64,000 bases of DNA, from positions 806,001 through 870,000 of the forward strand of contig CBFFSA010000006.1 in the NCBI GenBank assembly GCA_965644495.1, written 5' to 3'. Below the pieces are notes generated by a model. The model searched no databases, was not told the origin of the DNA, and saw only the letters and a program-made list of their open reading frames with translations. The number at the start of each line of letters is the position of its first letter. The stretch's first letter is position 1. The DNA is from Perkinsela sp. CCAP 1560/9. Taxonomy: Eukaryota; Protista; Euglenozoa: Kinetoplastea. This document shows, piece after piece, positions 61,108 to 64,000 of the stretch. The translations under genes and the position numbers were made by a program.

Positions 61108-63447
61108 ATGTCTGAAAAGATCTCTTCTACTGACGTGGAGAAATGTCTGAGTCACAGTGCGCAAAGTGCTCTACGGATTGTGCTAAAATGCCCAACGCAA
61201 CGCGCGTACTGGAAAAAAGTGCTCAAAGAATTAAAAACTTTACCCATAGAAATTACACGAGAATATTGGATCACATATTTTAAAACCTTTCCCACGGACT
61301 CCACATGCTTGTGTGAATACTTGACTGAAGAGCTTAAAGCTCAACAATACGAACATGTTTTCCTTTTTTTCGATAAGTCAAATAGAGGCCTTGCACTACA
61401 ATGTCCACACATGAAGGTGTGGCAAATTTTCTTAGATGCGGTAGATGAGTCATCTTTAAAATCTTCCCAAGAAATGCACGAGGCGTATATCTTGGCTAAA
61501 AATATCATTGGTCAGCAGAACGATTCCGAAATATTTTGGGATCGGTATCTATTATTTCTACAGAACAAAGTTCACCCAAGGCATCAAATAGGTGTTCTAC
61601 GCAATGCATACCACGAGGCTTTGTTAACTCCATACAGTGGTGTAGAATTCCTAATGGAAAAATACGAGGCATTTGAACGAGCGCATAATTCTAGAGCTGT
61701 CGTTGCGAACGACTTAAAACAAGCTCACAAACGGTCAGTATTTGTGTCTAAGGAACTCATTCAACGAATTTATTATGGCGTAGACCGCTCACATATCGCC
61801 CTCCCTCTTGGAGAAGCAAGTTCTACGGAAGATACTTCCCAATATCTGTTTTGGCGCAGAGTGATCGCTTATGAACTAACCAATCCTCTATCATTTAAAG
61901 AGCATGATGCAAATTTAGTGCGTCGCATAGAAAACGCTTATCGTTCTGCTTTAATGCATTGTAGGTGTCACGCCGAGCTATGGGTAGAACTTGCAAATTT
62001 CTTAATTATTAATGAACTCAAAGATGAAGCAAAGAGTATTTTTGAAGAAGCAATTGAATCCATGCCACAGAGCATTATTGTATGCTGCTCCTTTGCAGAT
62101 TCACTTTGCTCCAATCTTAAACTGGTTGATAACAGTATCGAAAAGGGTCACAAAGTTTTCCAGAATTTAATTTCACAAACACTAGCGTCGCCGGTTTTCG
62201 ATGTTTTAGACAATGTGGCCCAAGCATACTCATGCTACATGAGGTGGGCAAGGTTTGCTCATCCTTTTAGCGGCATTGAAAAAGCAAGACATATATTTAG
62301 AGAGGCAATTCGAGAAGAACCCCGCCTACGTAGATTTTTGGTTCCATTTGCAGCCGAAATAGAACTGTCCTCTGGCAATCCCAAAGAAAAACTTCCGCTG
62401 GCTTTAGAATACTACAACGCTGTCAGCTTCGAAGATCAAAAGTCGTTGGGGCTTCTGGAATCTCTCAGTGCTTTGCACGCACGTGCCGGATCATATACGG
62501 AAGCAATATCTTTGCTGCGACAAGCTCCGGGTACGGAAGTCAATAAGAAAAGAATTGCACTACTGGAACAGGAAAACACATTCAAATATTATCCTGTTCA
62601 TAATACTCTGCGTGAATATGAATTTTTTCTTTCCGAAGAGGGTCTTTCCGCTATATCTGAGCAACCCCCGGTTACGTATCCATTGTTTTCTAGTCTAATG
62701 ACCACTTCCCATACCACCGAAAACTTATTGGAAAAGGCACTTGTCCCACACACTCATCAGAGAATGGTTGAATCTGATGTATTCGACAAAAATCTCAACT
62801 GCACTTTTCAACTTGGTCAAGAATCCTTTCAGGAGAATGGAAGCACAGACATTGGTTCGGCCACTGAATGGCCAGTGACATCTGACACAATCTCTCTAAC
62901 AACTAGAAAACCGATGTCATCTCATACACATGATGAAACGAATGTAGATAGTTTTTCACAAGATTCACTGCAGGTGGGTAGGAAACGGTTCTCTCGAAAG
63001 GAACCACTTAACCCAGCATCTTCGGGGAATTTTCTTATTACGTCACTTCGGAGGCACTTGCTTGTCTCTTATACTCCTATCCTACAGGAGGAGTATCGCA
63101 TGCCTCCAATTAATCGGGCATTCATAATTCGAAAGACGGACACTTCTCCGTACAAATCATCATTCCCCAAACTTCCTTGCGTATATCAATATTTTGTACC
63201 TCTGAAACCTCGGAAGTCTGTGTTAAAGGAAACCGATTTGCATGTCAAAGAACTTCCCCAAGCTATTCTTTCTCTTATGAAAGCGTTACCATCTCCTGTT
63301 GGCTGTGTAGGCGTTATTCCTTCTATGAAAGATCGCATCCCATCGGCAGAATATTTGACTGATGCATTGAGTAGCATTCCTGCTGAAAATCTATCTCTTT
63401 TACCCACAACCGTAAACAATGAACGCAATGACGACGACAATGGTTAA
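61108..63447 (+). CDS. HAT-repeat protein, CstF-77/Rna14-like
   Basis: FWDRYLLFL, LRNAYHEALLTP...YEAFE...N, WRRVIAYELTNPL, RIENAYRSAL....HAELWVE. Confidence 0.75.
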   Translation: MSEKISSTDVEKCLSHSAQSALRIVLKCPTQRAYWKKVLKELKTLPIEITREYWITYFKTFPTDSTCLCEYLTEELKAQQYEHVFLFFDKSNRGLALQCPHMKVWQIFLDAVDESSLKSSQEMHEAYILAKNIIGQQNDSEIFWDRYLLFLQNKVHPRHQIGVLRNAYHEALLTPYSGVEFLMEKYEAFERAHNSRAVVANDLKQAHKRSVFVSKELIQRIYYGVDRSHIALPLGEASSTEDTSQYLFWRRVIAYELTNPLSFKEHDANLVRRIENAYRSALMHCRCHAELWVELANFLIINELKDEAKSIFEEAIESMPQSIIVCCSFADSLCSNLKLVDNSIEKGHKVFQNLISQTLASPVFDVLDNVAQAYSCYMRWARFAHPFSGIEKARHIFREAIREEPRLRRFLVPFAAEIELSSGNPKEKLPLALEYYNAVSFEDQKSLGLLESLSALHARAGSYTEAISLLRQAPGTEVNKKRIALLEQENTFKYYPVHNTLREYEFFLSEEGLSAISEQPPVTYPLFSSLMTTSHTTENLLEKALVPHTHQRMVESDVFDKNLNCTFQLGQESFQENGSTDIGSATEWPVTSDTISLTTRKPMSSHTHDETNVDSFSQDSLQVGRKRFSRKEPLNPASSGNFLITSLRRHLLVSYTPILQEEYRMPPINRAFIIRKTDTSPYKSSFPKLPCVYQYFVPLKPRKSVLKETDLHVKELPQAILSLMKALPSPVGCVGVIPSMKDRIPSAEYLTDALSSIPAENLSLLPTTVNNERNDDDNG

Positions 63448-63569
63448 TCCTCTTAACGCAAAACTTGTGCAGTCCCCCTCTCATTATTTTCAATAAATGA
63501 CTCCTGACATTTTCTTTCAAAAATTTATAACTACTTTTGCAAAAGTTAATCCTTTCGTTCTGATTCACG

Positions 63570-64000
63570 CTCTTTTTATATCTTTTTTATCACCCTATTT
63601 TAAACCCAACCCTAACACTCTTTCCCTAACTCTCTCTTTCTCTTTTCCTCTCTCTCTCTTTCTCTTTTCCCCTCTCTCTCTCTCTCTCCTTTCCTCCCTC
63701 CATGTCCCACCGCAAATTCGAGCACCCCCGGCACGGCCACCTCGGCTTCCTCCCTAAGAAGCGCTGCCGCCACATCCGCGGCCGCATCCGCTCCTTCCCG
63801 CGGGACAACGCGGCGGCGGCCCCCCACCTCACCGCGTTCATGGGGTTCAAGGCGGGCATGACGCACATCGTGCGTGACATGGACCGCCCCGGGAGTAAGA
63901 TGAACAAGAAGGAGGTGGTCGAGGCGGTGACCATTGTGGAGACCCCCCCGATGATGGTGGTGGGGTTCGTGGGGTACCGCGAGACGCCGAACGGGCTGCG
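63570..64000. other. GC-skew switch island 3 (continues past the window end)
   Basis: 63570-63703 contains no G. RPL3 codons end in C up to ~63830 and mostly in G after ~63900. Confidence 0.8.
63702..64000 (+). CDS. RPL3: 60S ribosomal protein L3 (5' part)
   Basis: [21 protein letters not shown]...[41 protein letters not shown]. Confidence 0.97.
   Translation, partial: MSHRKFEHPRHGHLGFLPKKRCRHIRGRIRSFPRDNAAAAPHLTAFMGFKAGMTHIVRDMDRPGSKMNKKEVVEAVTIVETPPMMVVGFVGYRETPNGL

Noticed and set aside
9399-64000. Functional operon or pathway cluster (RNA-processing and mitochondrial genes together)
   Set aside because: Kinetoplastid polycistronic units are functionally mixed, and this gene set is ordinary housekeeping.
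1-64000. tRNA, rRNA, SL RNA genes, cis-introns or an alternative genetic code
   Set aside because: None were recognisable by eye. Conserved proteins translate uninterrupted with the standard code and end in TAA, TAG or TGA.

Overview
Eukaryotic nuclear DNA with kinetoplastid organisation. About 25 intronless genes run head-to-tail on the + strand from 9.4 kb to the window end, like a polycistronic cluster, and a minus-strand ORF starts at ~194 and leaves the left edge. Kinetoplastid markers are a PDZ-containing TOR (TOR3-like), a large family-A mitochondrial DNA polymerase and an extended bS18m. Two short LRR genes of the type expanded in Perkinsela suggest a Perkinsela-like prokinetoplastid (inference). 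The 0.2-9.4 kb divergent strand-switch region is a stack of nested mobile elements: TA-flanked MITEs, a broken hAT, an RLE non-LTR retroelement fragment, a hairpin-ended repeat and an internally deleted IS30-family element that inserted into another element's TIR with a 3-bp TSD. A Merlin/IS1595 element with an 8-bp TSD and more MITEs lie between genes. The main unexplained signal is three ~1 kb GC-rich islands about 18-21 kb apart. In each, the + strand switches sharply from C-rich/G-poor to G-rich/C-poor regardless of gene boundaries, rewriting synonymous codons and even protein sequence. These are candidate bidirectional replication origins or break/recombination hotspots.
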